Assembly: GCA_951406725.2 (NCBI GenBank)
Contig: OX597826.1
Span: 50,716,001-50,780,000, forward strand
DNA length: 64,000 nucleotides
Direction of reading: 5' to 3'
Origin: Octopus vulgaris
Taxonomy: Eukaryota
Below are positions 1 to 12,803 of the stretch, one piece after another. The notes beneath the pieces are model-generated. The model was not told where the DNA came from, did not search any database, and saw nothing but the letters and a program-made list of their open reading frames with translations. The position numbers were made by a program, and so were the translations under genes. Numbering within the stretch: the stretch's first letter is position 1; each line of letters opens with the position of its first letter.

Positions 1-115
1 TACTGTTCTCTTCAAAGCATAAAGAAATAAAAAATTTATATGGAAATTAATGAATACATTTGAAAACTGAGTTGCCGATTTTTCTGAAGAAAAACAGCTT
101 TTTTTTTTCACCTAC

Positions 116-213
116 CATTAGGACTGGCACCAGAATAATGATCTTGAATATAGATAGCTGGAACAAAGTTGAGACCATACAGGCATCCAGAACCCAGAGC
201 TAAAACAGTACCT
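116..213 (-). CDS. TMEM144: TMEM144 coding exon 8 (gene continues beyond the window)
   Basis: 98 nt, GTVLALGSGCLYGLNFVPAIYIQDHYSGASPN; tttcag / gtaggt; phase 2-1; matches TMEM144 G..LA..SG.LYG..FVP.IYI.DH...GAS. Confidence 0.92.
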
Positions 214-3200
214 CTGAAATGAAGAAAACAATTGGATTACAGAAACGTGAAATATTCAACTGGTGTCATCATCATCATCATCATCATTTAACATTCACTT
301 TTCTCTGCTTGCATGGATTAGACAGAATTTGTTGAGGCAGATTTTCTGAAGCTAGATACCATTCCAGTTGCCAACCCTCACTTATTTCCAAGCAAGGCCA
401 GACATGTTTTGCTGTTTATCTTCTGTAATTTTGCATGATTGAAGGCATCCCAGCCTGGGCCATCTTGTCTTTTTGTCCTTTTTTTTCTTTCAATGCTTCC
501 TTCTTTATTTAAGATGTGTGTGATTCGAGGGAGATTTGGTGACTATTTCTGATACATTGAGCTCCTACCGAGAACAACCATCATTGGCTTGAACTGATAT
601 ATTGACTATCATAGCAGCTATTTTACTTGCATGTTTAATTATTTCATTTTTATATATATTTCTTTATTGCCCACAGGGAAGCTAAACATAGAGGGGACAA
701 ACAAGGATAGACAAAGGGATTAAGTCGATTACATCGACCCCCAGTGCCTAACTGGTACTTATTTAATCGACCCTGAAAGCATGAAAGGCAAAGTTGACCT
801 CGGCGGAATTTGAACTCAGAATGTAACGGCAGCTGAAATATTGTTAAGCATTTTGCCCAGCGTGCTAACGATTCTGCCAGCTCGTTGCCTTTACATATTT
901 ATAGCAGAAGAGAAATGGATGTTGTGATGCTTATGCCTTTCCCAGGAACATTACCTACAGGAATGATATGGAGTTAATACAAACAGAATCAAAACTGGTT
1001 CGAAAATGACATTAATACTAAGAAAGCTTAGAGCTGTGGATTAGCAGAATCGGTGGAACATCAAGAAAAATCCCTTGCGGTATTCACCTGCAGCCATTTA
1101 TCTTTTGAGTTCAAATCTAGCTGTTGCAAAAATTCACTATTTCATCTTTCTGAGTTTAAATCCTACAAGAGTTGTTTCCCATTGTATCAAGTCATCAATA
1201 TGGATTGACGAAATTGTTAGAGTTCTCACGAAAATGCTTTGCGATGCTTATGCTATGGCTCTTTACGAACTATGTTCGAATCTCACCAAGATCAACCTTG
1301 CCTGGTAAACTTCTTGGGCCCAATAAAATAAGTTCCATCCAATATCATATTTTATATAAGTTATATATTGTTCAAAATTCACAGACATGTACTTGTGTGA
1401 GAAATCAATATGATAAACACTAAAGGCAAGTTATTTGAAACGTTGAACATTATATTAAACAAGTGCGATCATGTGAATTTTTAAAGAATTATTCTCTTCT
1501 CTGCCAAGCAGAGTTCGCACCTCCTACTGCCATTAAAATACAGCCTAATAACCTCCTGTTGATGTTATATTGCATTACATCTTTTAATTGGCATTCACAG
1601 CTGGCTAAAGTGGTGACATTAAGAGTTACCTGGATCTTAAAAGAGGATCCGTAACCCGTGGCTTTTATTGAATATATATGTGTATATATGTATAAACACA
1701 CACATACACATCCAATGAGTGAGAAGATGCTTGTACAAGTGTACAATAGATGAACACTAGATTAATGCTCAGAAATGTCCAAAACTTTTAAGGATCCAAC
1801 TTTCTAATCAGGGTAAAAATAATTCCACAGAAAACGAGTTGGCTATTAGAACAGTGTAGTCCAAGCATGTCATAAAAACACAAAAGATGGACAAAATTGT
1901 ACATATGTGGCATTATTATATCATTTATATCAGTTACAAAAGATGTATAATTTACAAAAGGTGTAGCTCTTGTTGCGTTGCTATGTTTGTAATGAAAATA
2001 CTACAGGTCATCTAAGTAATTCGTCAGTCATAATTTCTATGAAGTTCAGACATAAGAGAAAAAAAACCCCATAACAGCAAGATTACTTTGATGTATACGT
2101 GTCAGGGAAAAGGAATTGATTAACAGAGAGATGGAGACAAAACTAATTACAGTAGTTGTTTTACAGTATTTAATTTCATCCTACAACTTTTCTGTATTGA
2201 AGTCCCCCTGAGGTCAATTTTGCCTTTCACCCTCTCAGGCTCAGTTACAAAGGCATCTGCTTATAACTTAAGTCCATTCAATTGGCAGTATACTCTACAA
2301 AAATTAGCCAGGTTTCTAGTGAAATGAAATAATTGTTATGAAAATGTACAGGCTGGCGTCATAGGTTAAGAGAGGATGCTCCAGGAGAGCTGATGTCTCA
2401 CTGAAGTTTCATTTCTCAATAAAGGCCAATATTTCTTCACTGATGCCAATAAGAAAGGCATGAACATCACAATAAGACATTTTCTACGCACCTTTACATC
2501 CAAGTCTAAAAGAATGAATATCAAGTGAACTTCAAATAATTACATGGAAAATTATGTAAGGGAGATAACTGACAGCATTTCCATATTTCAAATTATAAAT
2601 ATGTGCAGTGGAATTGAACTTGAGACCGCATAGTTTGGAAGCAAGCTGCTTAACCACACAGCCACATCTATTATAAACTTTTAAATATTTCACATCACTT
2701 ATGCTGCTAATGCTGTACAGAAAGGCATAAATGTCACTGTATCCCATTTCTTGCTATTGCAGTAATAGCAGTGATATCCCAAAGATGGGTACTTTTGGTT
2801 AGACAACGTCAAAGAACTGACTGTCCTGGTGAAAGGGTTAAATGAATGTTTATCCTTAATTTTTTTAATCAAGCTATGTTGGCAAAAATGGCAGATCCTG
2901 CAATTTCAGTGTGGTTTCTTCACATTCAATTGTATTCTAAGATTTGTGAGCTGAATTTTTTTTAATACTTAAAATATTAAATTTTTCTAGAAATTTTTGT
3001 AGTTTGAACTGTTTGTTTGATCTGTGATTACTTCTCATTATTCTTAGAAAATGTCCAAGTTATGGAAAAAAGAGTAATGAAATTATCTACTTTTAATAAT
3101 ATTTTAGTTGGTTAAAAAAATAAATTACTCAAAATAATTATCTCCCTTAGATGATAACATTATTGTTGTCAAATTCTCTTCTGCAAATATTTTTACCAAT

Positions 3201-3545
3201 CCATCCACCACAGCAGAAGTGTTAAGACGGTCCCCACTGATGAAGAGGATTGGCCTGCAAGAGTTCTATGCTGGTGCAGTGCTACATTCAATGGACCCAG
3301 CACACACTGTAAAGTGGTTGGCATTAGGAAAGGCATTGAAGCTATAGAAACCAAGCCAAATCAGACTGGAACTTGGTGCAGCTCTCTGGCTTGCCAGCTC
3401 TGGTCAAACCGTCCAACCCATGCCAGCATGGGAAATGGATGATGACGATATGTGTGTGTACACACACATTAAAATAATACACAGAGAAACAATATGCACT
3501 AACGTTTACATCAAATACAGTAACATACAAAAGTGAATAATTAAT

Positions 3546-3691
3546 GGCGTCGCTGTATAGTAAGCTTGCTTCCCAACCACATGGTTCTAGGTTCAGTTCC
3601 ACTGTGTGGCACCTTGGGTAAGTGTCTTCTATTATAGCCTTGGGCCGACCAAAGTGTGGATTTGGTAGACAGAAACTTAAAGAAACCTGTC

Positions 3692-3722
<31 letters not shown>

Positions 3723-4018
3723 CATCCTTAAATCCTTAAAAATGTTTTAGCCTGAAGGCCGCGGCCATGCTGGGGCACCACCGCTATATATACATATATA
3801 TATATATATATTTGTGTGTTTGTCCCCCTATCATTGCTTGATAACTGATGTTGGTGTGTTTACATCCCCGTAACTTAGCAATTTGGCAAACGAGACCGAT
3901 AGATTAAGTACTAGGCTTACAAAGAATAAGTCCTGGGGGGGTCGATTTGTTTGGCTAAATGCAGTGCTCCAGCATGGCCACAGTCAAATGACTGAAACAA
4001 ATAAAAGAGTAAAAGAGT
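3546..4018 (+). mobile_element. Family A SINE
   Basis: Same head, body and tail as 18239-18658; carries a small opposite-strand LINE-tail insert at ~3725-3785. Confidence 0.85.
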
Positions 4019-4024
4019 ACTTAC

Positions 4025-4095
4025 AAAATCCGTTTTTTTGTAGGAGAGAGTTTATTAATAACAGTGATACCTCCATCGACTTCATCCTGGATTAC
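4025..4095 (-). CDS. TMEM144: TMEM144 coding exon 7
   Basis: 71 nt, VIQDEVDGGITVINKLSPTKKRI(L); cctgcag / gtaagt; phase 0-2; KLS...RI.G motif. Confidence 0.88.
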
Positions 4096-4594
4096 CTGCA
4101 GGAAATAGAAAACATTGTAGAAATACAGGCTAACGATCCAATGACTTCAGGGTAACAATCTCTTTAATGACAACACCTAAGAGTTGGCAGAGTCAGTGAA
4201 GTGCTGGACAAAATAACTTATGCTATTTTTTTGACATTTTGGGTTCAAATTTTGACCAGGTCCATTTTGTTTTATATCCTTCTGAAGTCAATAAATTAAG
4301 TAGAAGTTGGTAAAATATACCTTAGAAAGTGGTGCTCTGAGTAGGGTCACAGGCTAATCATTAAAACCAGTAAGAGAATAAAAAAAAATGAAAGGCCTAA
4401 ATATTAGGACATCATGAACCACAATGAACAAAGAGCAAGCATGGCTTAATTCATAAAGAATAACCGTTGCTCAGTAACTAGAGGATAACTGTGGCTCAAT
4501 GAGCCATCTGGCTTGCCAGTCCTCAGTCAAACCATCCAACCCATACCAGCATGGAAAGCAGATGTTAAACGATGATGATGATGATAGATCATCC

Positions 4595-5060
4595 TTTAAT
4601 GGCCCTAGAAAAGAAAATAGCACAGGTCTATCCAAAAAGATTTGGCAACTGAAAAGAAGCAATATAGATTACTCGATTTCTTGGAAAATACTTTCTTCAG
4701 CTCCATCTTATAGACACAATAACAAGATCTGTAAATTATGCCTAGAAGAAAGTTACAAAATAAAACGAATGGTTTTTTTGTAAATTCGAGAGATGAAAAA
4801 GTATTTTTCTTGCAGACATACGTCAAAATTCCTTTTTATTAAGCTTAAATAATCTTTCCACCTCCTTACCTTAACTACTTTCATCTTATTCCTTCTCCTT
4901 ATAATTTAGTTTTTTGTATAATACCTCTCTCAACATTATTACTACCTATATATGATTTCTATTCTATAATATTCTCTACTTTAATTATCTTACACTACTT
5001 GGATATTCATATGTTATTCTACCTTCCCCCCATATATTGTATGAACCTCATTTTTTTATT
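4595..5060 (+). mobile_element. Penelope-like element 3' fragment (C-terminal part of the GIY-YIG endonuclease region)
   Basis: STGLSKKIWQLKRSNIDYSISWKILSSAPSYRHNNKICKLCLEE, typical of PLE C-termini (T.LSK.IW.LK...I.W.I...C.LCL.E); frameshifted. Confidence 0.75.
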
Positions 5061-5969
5061 AACTAGCAGGCGTACCTGGTGTTCCCCAGCACTGTTTGTT
5101 AAGTATACCAGGTCAGCATAGTCTCCTACGAAGTAGAGCTATAGTAGAAGGTGCTATGTAGTGGGACTGATCCCCAAACCATGTGGTTGCAAAGCGAGCT
5201 TCTTAACCACACACCCATACCTGATCAATCTTTACAAGATAATTCGTCAGTCACTTAACATTAGCAGGACAGGTCCTTTTGCTAATGTCCTATGTAGCAA
5301 GGTGTCCCAACTTAGTCTGCATTGAGAAATAATTCCAGGAATAAAATTAGGCATAAACTGCATAGCAATTAACTGATAAGTATTAGATTAGTGAAGGCAT
5401 GTGGCCAAGTATTTAGGTATTGGGGATCACAGCTGTAAGCTCAGGAGTTCAATTTCTGGGTTGGACAGTATGTTGTATCCTTGAGCAAGGCACTTCATTT
5501 CACATTGCTCTATTCCACTCAGATGAAAATGAGCAGTCAATAGCTAAATGATGACGGAATGTGCTAATCCTGAGATACACTGACATCTTGGTTCAAGGTG
5601 GGTGGGTGGAGTATTATTGTAATTTCCATTGCTTAAATACTTCAGTAACTGGGATAAGCTCTGGTCTAAGCAGCCTGTAAGTTTGAGACAGACCTTAACT
5701 AATTCTGGCTTTTAATTTAATTGGGTGGGGGGTAGCACCTTGATATAATCAATGATATACCTTAACATACAAAAAGTGCAAATGGCAGATTTAAAGTGCA
5801 ATATAGACAATGACGATGGCAGGAAAGATGATACTGATGTCAAAAGTAATGATGGTGAAGACGATGATGACAATGCTGATGATGATGATGACCATGATGA
5901 TGACAATGATGATGGTCATTTAAAAGTGCTTCGCAAATATTCACAAGAAAATGGATTAGAATATCTTAC

Positions 5970-6017
5970 CGGAGCAGAATTTGCAGAAGCAGTAATATCT
6001 GGGTCATATTCAATAAC
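5970..6017 (-). CDS. TMEM144: TMEM144 coding exon 6 (48-nt symmetric loop exon)
   Basis: VIEYDPDITASANSAP; cttcag / gtaaga; phase 0-0 fits between exons 5 and 7. No homology anchor, so supported by splice signals and frame only. Confidence 0.7.
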
Positions 6018-6035
6018 CTGAAGTTAAAAAGTACA

Positions 6036-6085
<50 letters not shown>

Positions 6086-6093
6086 CATATATA

Positions 6094-6850
6094 CTAGCAG
6101 TAATACCCGTTGTTGATCGGATAATTACTTTTCGTGTTTCTCAGGAACCACATTCAAAGTATTATTATAAATATAATTTACTCCTCCTGTATGTGTGTAT
6201 TTTTATAAGAGAAAAATAGGTAATAATTGAAGTAGAAAACAGATCAATTCCATACGTGAATTTCTGTTTGTCTATTATATGACAATAATAAATGAGCTGT
6301 ATGTGTTATTTTATTGATTAATACAGTAATGGCAATTATATGACACATACATGCAACTGCTTACAATAATAAAGATTACTGTATAATTTCTTCTAAGTTC
6401 ATAATTTTTGGTTTACAATATTGAAAAAAATATGCCACCAATGATAAGATATAATCTCTCCAGCAACTAGTATAACTAGTATGTGAGGAATGAAGATCGT
6501 GCCACCTTTACCACAACAAGTAAGAATATTTGCCTCAGTACTGTTCCTCACGGGTTTGTGCAAAATTAATGTTATAACATTGCATAATAGGAGATGCATA
6601 ATAGTTTCCCTTGAACCATTTACTTTCATTTTGGAGGACAAACAAATGAACAAACACACAAACAGACAGAATGTCTCTTTTATATATCTATAAATAAGAT
6701 TATATAAGATCAGAAAAAGCATAATAATTTCCCTAGATAAGAAGAAAAATCATTATAGTTTTCCTTGAACCATTTACTTTCAATTTGGAGGACAAGCAAA
6801 TGAACAAACACACAGACAGAATCTCTCTTTTATACATATAGATATATAAT
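6094..6850 (-). mobile_element. Non-autonomous Helitron-like element
   Basis: Minus-strand 3' end ATCCG..CGGGTATTACTGCTAG (hairpin plus CTAG); duplicated ~95-bp block at ~6600-6695 and ~6755-6845. Confidence 0.5.
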
Positions 6851-6879
6851 ATAGATATACATTGTATATATATATAGCA

Positions 6880-7240
6880 TAAAGACTGTGTGAAGGAAAA
6901 GCTGAAGAAACTAGATATGAACAAAAGTGATTGGGAAATTGATGCTCTGGATCCGAACAAGTGGAGAGGTACTGTTAAGACTGGTTGCAATGGATAGGAG
7001 GAAAAGATGATTCAGCACTCTGAGTTTAAAAGGGTTTGTCGGAAAGGAATAATTGGAACTGAAATCAACAGTGAACATTGGGTATGTATTATGTGTGATT
7101 GTGTTCTGTTGTCAAAAGTGGGATATGTGGATCCTATGAAGTCACATGAAAATCAAAATACCCAGGTAGGTAAATAATCTTGAACACCAACTGCCTCTAA
7201 TGGCTTGTGTTATACGTCAGAAAACTTGTAAGACAATATT
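6880..7240 (+). mobile_element. RTE LINE 3' fragment
   Basis: KDCVKEKLKKLDMNKSDWEIDALDPNKWRG...RK...CIMC...SKVG with stop codons. Confidence 0.7.
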
Positions 7241-7909
7241 GGAGATAAATTTTAACAAAATCTTATGTGGACCCCTGTTGAGAACCTTGTGTTAGAATAT
7301 CAGGTGAAATGCACTGTGATGTTTATTCCAGTTTCAAACCGCACAAAAATTAGTTTCACCTTTTAATCTTCAGGGGCTCATAAATTAAGTCTCAACCAAG
7401 GGCAGTGGACTTATGAAACTATTGGTGCCTTGTGGTACTTGTTCTGGCTTTTTGTATTCAGAGTTCAAATCCCACTGAAGTCAGTTTAGATGGTAATTCA
7501 ATCTGTCCCCTGTCTTAACACTATTGCCTTGGATGTTTCTAGCAGAGCTCACTCTGTTACAGGCATTCAGGCCAGGTCTGCATTTTGAGGATACCTCTTT
7601 CCCACCTTTGCACCAGTCTTGGAGAACTTGTGAAAGCACTGCCTATCCCATCAGACTAAAAAAAAAAAAATTTTAAAGAAAATTCATCCTGGCAGAACTG
7701 AACACATCCTATTCAACAAGAGATCTTTTAAGAGGTAGAAACAACAAGTGAAATTTCCCTTAAATCACTGTACAGTGTTACGAAAATAAAGATAAAGTGG
7801 TGAATGTAGTCCTAGTTGTATAAAAGTATGTTTGCCTATTTAAAAAATATTTAACGGAGGTAGCTTAAATATCATACAAGCAAAAGCAGCCAATTATAAT
7901 TGTATATAA

Positions 7910-8049
7910 CTGTATATATATACACAAACATATATATATACATAGATATATACACACACACACACACAAACATATATATATGCATACATATATACATACA
8001 TATATATATACATACATACATATATACATACATACATATATACACATAC

Positions 8050-8108
<59 letters not shown>

Positions 8109-8250
8109 CATATACATACATACATATACATACATACATATACATACATACATATACATACATACATATACATACATACATATATATACATACATACATA
8201 TACATACATACATATACATACATACATACATACATACACACACACACAAT
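7910..8250. repeat. Compound (TA)/(TACA)/(CA) microsatellite
   Basis: Directly visible; source of the MYVCIY/HTYIY pseudo-ORFs. Confidence 0.98.
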
Positions 8251-8539
8251 TATCTCAGTCATATCAGGTGATGACCTCATTAACTATATGCATTAATTAT
8301 GAAAAAATTGTGATCATCTGATTACTGATTACATGTTTGCTAATGTGTAGTCAAAATCATCTCTACAGTTAGGATGAATATGTTTTCATATATGAAATAT
8401 ATTTATAATTACATGTGTGAGGTGAATGCTATCGAAGATGAAGTTTGAAAGAGAGAAGAATTAAAAAAAAAACATACTATTTGGTTTGTTGTGACACAGT
8501 TTGTATTTCCCTCCCTCTTTTATATACATGCATACATAT

Positions 8540-9020
8540 TATCATCATCGATTGACGTCTGATTTCCATGCTGGCATGGGTTGGACGGTTTGACTGAGAT
8601 CTGGAGAGCTAGCAGCTGCACCAGGCTCCAATCTGGTCTGGCAGAGTTTCTACAGCTGCATGCCCTTCCTAACGCCAACCCCTCTGAGAGTGTAGTGGGT
8701 GGTTTTTACGTGCCAGTGGCACAGGAGCCAGTAAGGCGGGCCTGGCAACGAACATGTTTGGATGGTGCTTTTTACATGCCACCGGCATAGGAGCCAGTCA
8801 GGGGGCACTGGCATCGATCACAATTGGTTGGTGTTTTTTACGTGCCACAGGCACAGGAGCCAGTCAGGTGGACCTGGCATCAACCATGTTTGGATGGTGC
8901 TTTTTATGTACCAACGGCACGGTAGCCAGCCAGGGGGCACCAACCCCAGCTACGATATTAGTTTCACTTGACTCAACAGGTCTTCTCAAGGCACCGGCCC
9001 CAGTTATGATATTGGTTTCA
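8540..9020 (-). mobile_element. RTE 3'-UTR-derived repeat with an internal ~60-bp tandem array
   Basis: (CAT)n tail on +, shared TGCCCTTCCTAACGCCAACC block, about 4 units of GGTGCTTTTTACGTGCCACCGGCACAGGAGCCAGTC.... Similar copies at ~10385-10630, 12110-12285, 21291-21470, 42645-43110, 43415-43655. Confidence 0.8.
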
Positions 9021-9023
9021 CTT

Positions 9024-9470
9024 AGAAAGAAAATGGAAAAAGATGGATGTATGAATAATTTATTTGTTGAAATTTTAAAAAAAAGTAACAATACAAATAA
9101 TAAGTTGTAAGGCTCAAAAATAAAATAGGAGATGTGTAAAAACCTACATATATGTTTCAGTTCTAGCCCCAATTTTGTATGCATCCATCCAAGAAACATG
9201 TTAACTTCTGTTCTATAAACTCATAATAACCCTGAAGAAGTTCTGCCCCAAATAGTTGAAAATGATACCATTCTTAGTATCTAACCAAATGCTTAGAATT
9301 GCATATTAACTAGGGGTTAGAACTGAAACATATATGTAGGTTTTTTTGCATCTCTTATTTCATTTTTGAGCTTTACTACTGATAATTTATTTGTATAGTA
9401 ATTTTTAAAAAAATTACATCTTTATATCATATAAATGAATCCATCCATCTTTCTCCATTTTCTTTCTTTC
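9024..9470. mobile_element. Foldback/MITE-like element
   Basis: Imperfect arms of ~160 bp, including AAAAACCTACATATATGTTTCAGTTCTA / TAGAACTGAAACATATATGTAGGTTTTT, with a ~115-bp spacer. Confidence 0.75.
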
Positions 9471-9610
9471 AATATTAATAATATGTATTATTACAATAAT
9501 CCCTAACATATTGCAGAGGCATTCTCTTTATATGATAGTGATTAACCAGTAGACTTTTTTTTTTTGATTATTTAATCCCTAATGTGGATCTAACATCCTC
9601 GAATTGACTA

Positions 9611-9656
<46 letters not shown>

Positions 9657-9915
9657 TATATGTATGTGTGTGTGTCTGTAAATATACGCACACATGCATT
9701 TAAACAAACACATATGCACATGTAAATGCATATATACATATTTATATTATATGCATATGAACACATGCACACATACATGTAAATGCATGCAGACACAAAC
9801 AACATAAAAGAGAATCAGGTAAACAAAGTTAAGGGCGATTCATTTAAACCCAAACACTGAATTCATTGCACCCTTATGATGTTGCAAGAGAGCAAAAGTT
9901 AAAATGTAGCCTTAC

Positions 9916-9985
9916 CTCTCTGTATGGAGGGTCATTTGAGTCTGAAGCTGATACTTCACTTTTCACCAAAGTGTACGTAATTCCA
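9916..9985 (-). CDS. TMEM144: TMEM144 coding exon 5
   Basis: 70 nt, (S)GITYTLVKSEVSASDSNDPPYRE; ttttacag / gtaagg; phase 2-0. Confidence 0.88.
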
Positions 9986-10781
9986 CTGTAAAATAAATAC
10001 ACCATCATCATTTTAATATCTATTTGCATGGATCAGATGGAGTTTATTGAAGCAGATTTTCTAATGGCCAGATGCTCTTCTTCCTGATCACCCCCAAGCA
10101 AGGTAACATTTCCCCAAGGCCTGACATGTTTTTGCAGACTATTGAAAATGAATGACATTGATTGTATGACAGCAACACTAATTTACAACTATTAAACTAC
10201 GTCAAAACAAAGAGACATAAACGCATGTATATGGTGGTTCTTCTTTCAGTTTCCATCTATCAAATCTACTCACAAGGCTTTGGCCGGCTTGGTGTTATAG
10301 AAGACACTTGCTTATGGTGCCATGCAGTGCGACTGAACTGGAACTACGTTGCTGGGAACTAAGCTTCTGAATCACACAGCTATGGCTGCAACAGGCTCCA
10401 ATCTTGATCTGGCAGAGTTTCTACAGCTGGATGCCCTTCCTAATGCCAACCACTCTGAGAGTGTAGTGTGTGCTTTTACGTGCCACCAGCATGAGGGCCA
10501 GTCAGGCGGTACTGGCAATGGCCATGCTCAAATGGTGTTTTTTATGTGCCACCTGCACAGGAGCCAGTCCAGTGGCACTGGCAATGACCTCGCTCGAATG
10601 TATTTTCATGTGCCACCGGCACAAGTGCCGTAAATTTCACCAAGGGCAACCTTACCTCTCATCTTTTCGTGGTCTATAAAATAAGTATCAGTTGAACACT
10701 GGGTTGATGTAACCAACTTACCCCTCACCTAAAATTGCTGGCCTAGTGCCAAAATTTGAAACCAATATTACGTTAATTTAC

Positions 10782-10862
10782 CTCAAGATAGCAAAAGCCA
10801 GGGCAATGTAGTTCATGACCATGTCATGTGATTTCTCTTCCTTGATGCCAAACCAACCATAG
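10782..10862 (-). CDS. TMEM144: TMEM144 coding exon 4
   Basis: 81 nt, (S)YGWFGIKEEKSHDMVMNYIALAFAIL; atacag / gtaaat; phase 2-2; GWFG...NYI motif. Confidence 0.92.
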
Positions 10863-11384
10863 CTGTATAAGAATTGGAGACAATATTAAAGAATGGAAGA
10901 CATACATAAAATTCACAAGACTAAAGAAGGCAAAAACACAGCAAAAATTAAAAATACAGTGAAATTTCATTTTGTGAAGAAATTTAATAAAGATTGGGAG
11001 TTTGGACTGGACTGTGGGACATGAACTCTGGAGAGCATTTTCAGTAATTGATACAAAAATAAATATTAATTGCAGAATGATAAATATCACTACTGCCACC
11101 ATTACAGCTGCTGCTGCTGTTGCTAGCAGCAACAGTAACAACAACATTTTAATGTTCACTTTTCCCAGCTTGCAAATGGCCAGAATTTCTATGGCTGGAT
11201 ATAAACCTTTGTCTGTTTCCAACCAAAGTCATTTTTTCCCATGGCCAGACATATTCCTCATGGACAACTGGAAACAAACATCACCAGTTTGATGGTGATG
11301 CTCATTTACAGGTATCAGGTGAGATATCAAGACAAGGAAACACACACACACACACATTATATGCAACAGGCATTTTTCAGTTCC

Positions 11385-11845
11385 TTATTTCTTTATTGCC
11401 CACAAGGGGCCAAACATGGACAGACAAAGGGTTTAAGTCGATTATATCGACCCCAGTGCCTAACTGGTACTTAATATAAAGGCGGCGAGCTGGCAGAAAC
11501 GTTAGCACACCGGGCGAAATGCTTAGCGGTATTTCGTCTGCATTACGTTGTGAGTTCTAATTCCGCTGAGGTCGACTTTGCCTTTCATCCTTTTGGGGTC
11601 AATAAATTAAGTACCAGTTACGCACTGGGGTCGATGTAATCGACTTAATACCTATGTCTGTCCTTGTTTGTCCCCTCTGTGTTTAGCCCCTTGTGGGTAA
11701 TAAAGAAATAGGTACTTAATTTATCGACCCCAAAAGGATGAAAGGCAAAGTTGGCCTCAGGGGAATTTGAACTCAGAATGTAGAGACAGACGAAATACTG
11801 TTAAGCATTTCGCCTGGCGTGCTAACGTTTCTGCTAACTCACCAC
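11385..11845. mobile_element. Nested family B SINEs (+ copy ~11476-11710 inside a - copy)
   Basis: 10-bp TSD GGTACTTAAT at 11466-11475 and 11711-11720. Confidence 0.85.
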
Positions 11846-12312
11846 TTTTTCCAGTTTCTTTCAACTGAATCCACTCACATGGTTTTAGTTGGCCCAAGAC
11901 TATAGAAGACACTCACCTACCATGCCCTACAGTGGAACTGAACTTGAAACCACATGGTGAGGAAGTAATCATCTTAAACACAAGACTATGCCCCTAAACC
12001 AACCAACCAACCCGCTCACATCCCTCCCTCCCACTTCCTATGTATCTATTTGGTTTGTTGTGATGCAGTTTGTATTTCCCTCCCTCTTTTATATACATGC
12101 ATACATATTATCATCGATTGACGTCTGCTTTCCATGCTGGCATGGGTTGGACGGTTTGACTGAGATCTGGAGAGCTAGCAGCAGCACCAGGCTCCAATCT
12201 GGTCTGGCAGAGTTTCTACAGCTGCATGCCCTTCCTAACGCCAACCACTCTGAGAGTGTAGTGGGTGCTTTTTATGTGCCACCTACCTACATAAATACAT
12301 ACATGTATATAA

Positions 12313-12350
<38 letters not shown>

Positions 12351-12409
12351 CGTGTGGGAGGGTTGAACAAACTTGAAGTCCCAGTCAACTTGATTTTCAC
12401 AATAAATTA

Positions 12410-12803
12410 GGTGCATGAGTGGCTGTGTGGTAAGTAGCTTGCTTACCAACCACATGGTTCCAGGTTCAGTCCCACTGCGTGGCACCTTGGGCAAGTGTCT
12501 TCTACTATAGCCTCAGGCCAACCAAAGCCTTGTGAGTGGATTTGGTAGACGGAAACTGAAAGAAGCCTGTCATATATATGTATATGTGTTTGTGTGTCTG
12601 TGTTTGTCCCCCCGCCCAACATCGCTTGACAACTGATGCTGGTGTGTTTACATCCCCGTAACTTAGAGGTTTGGCAAAAGAGACCGATAGAATAAGTACT
12701 AGGCTTACAAAGAATAAGTCCTGGGGTCGATTTGCTCAACTAAAGGCGGTGCTCCAGCATGGCCACAGTCAAATGACTGAAACAAGTAAAAGAGTTAAAG
12801 AGT
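12410..12803 (+). mobile_element. Family A SINE, full length
   Basis: Highly similar to 18239-18658. Confidence 0.9.

Noticed and set aside
5752-6021. Asp-rich 89-aa ORF
   Set aside because: Degenerate (GAT)n tract plus the antisense of a TMEM144 exon.
7865-8321. Five overlapping ORFs longer than 110 aa
   Set aside because: Translations of a stop-free TA/CA microsatellite.
8690-8940. ~60-bp periodic array superficially like CRISPR repeat-spacer units
   Set aside because: Whole units are homologous (no unique spacers), the array belongs to the RTE 3' UTR family, and no cas genes are present.
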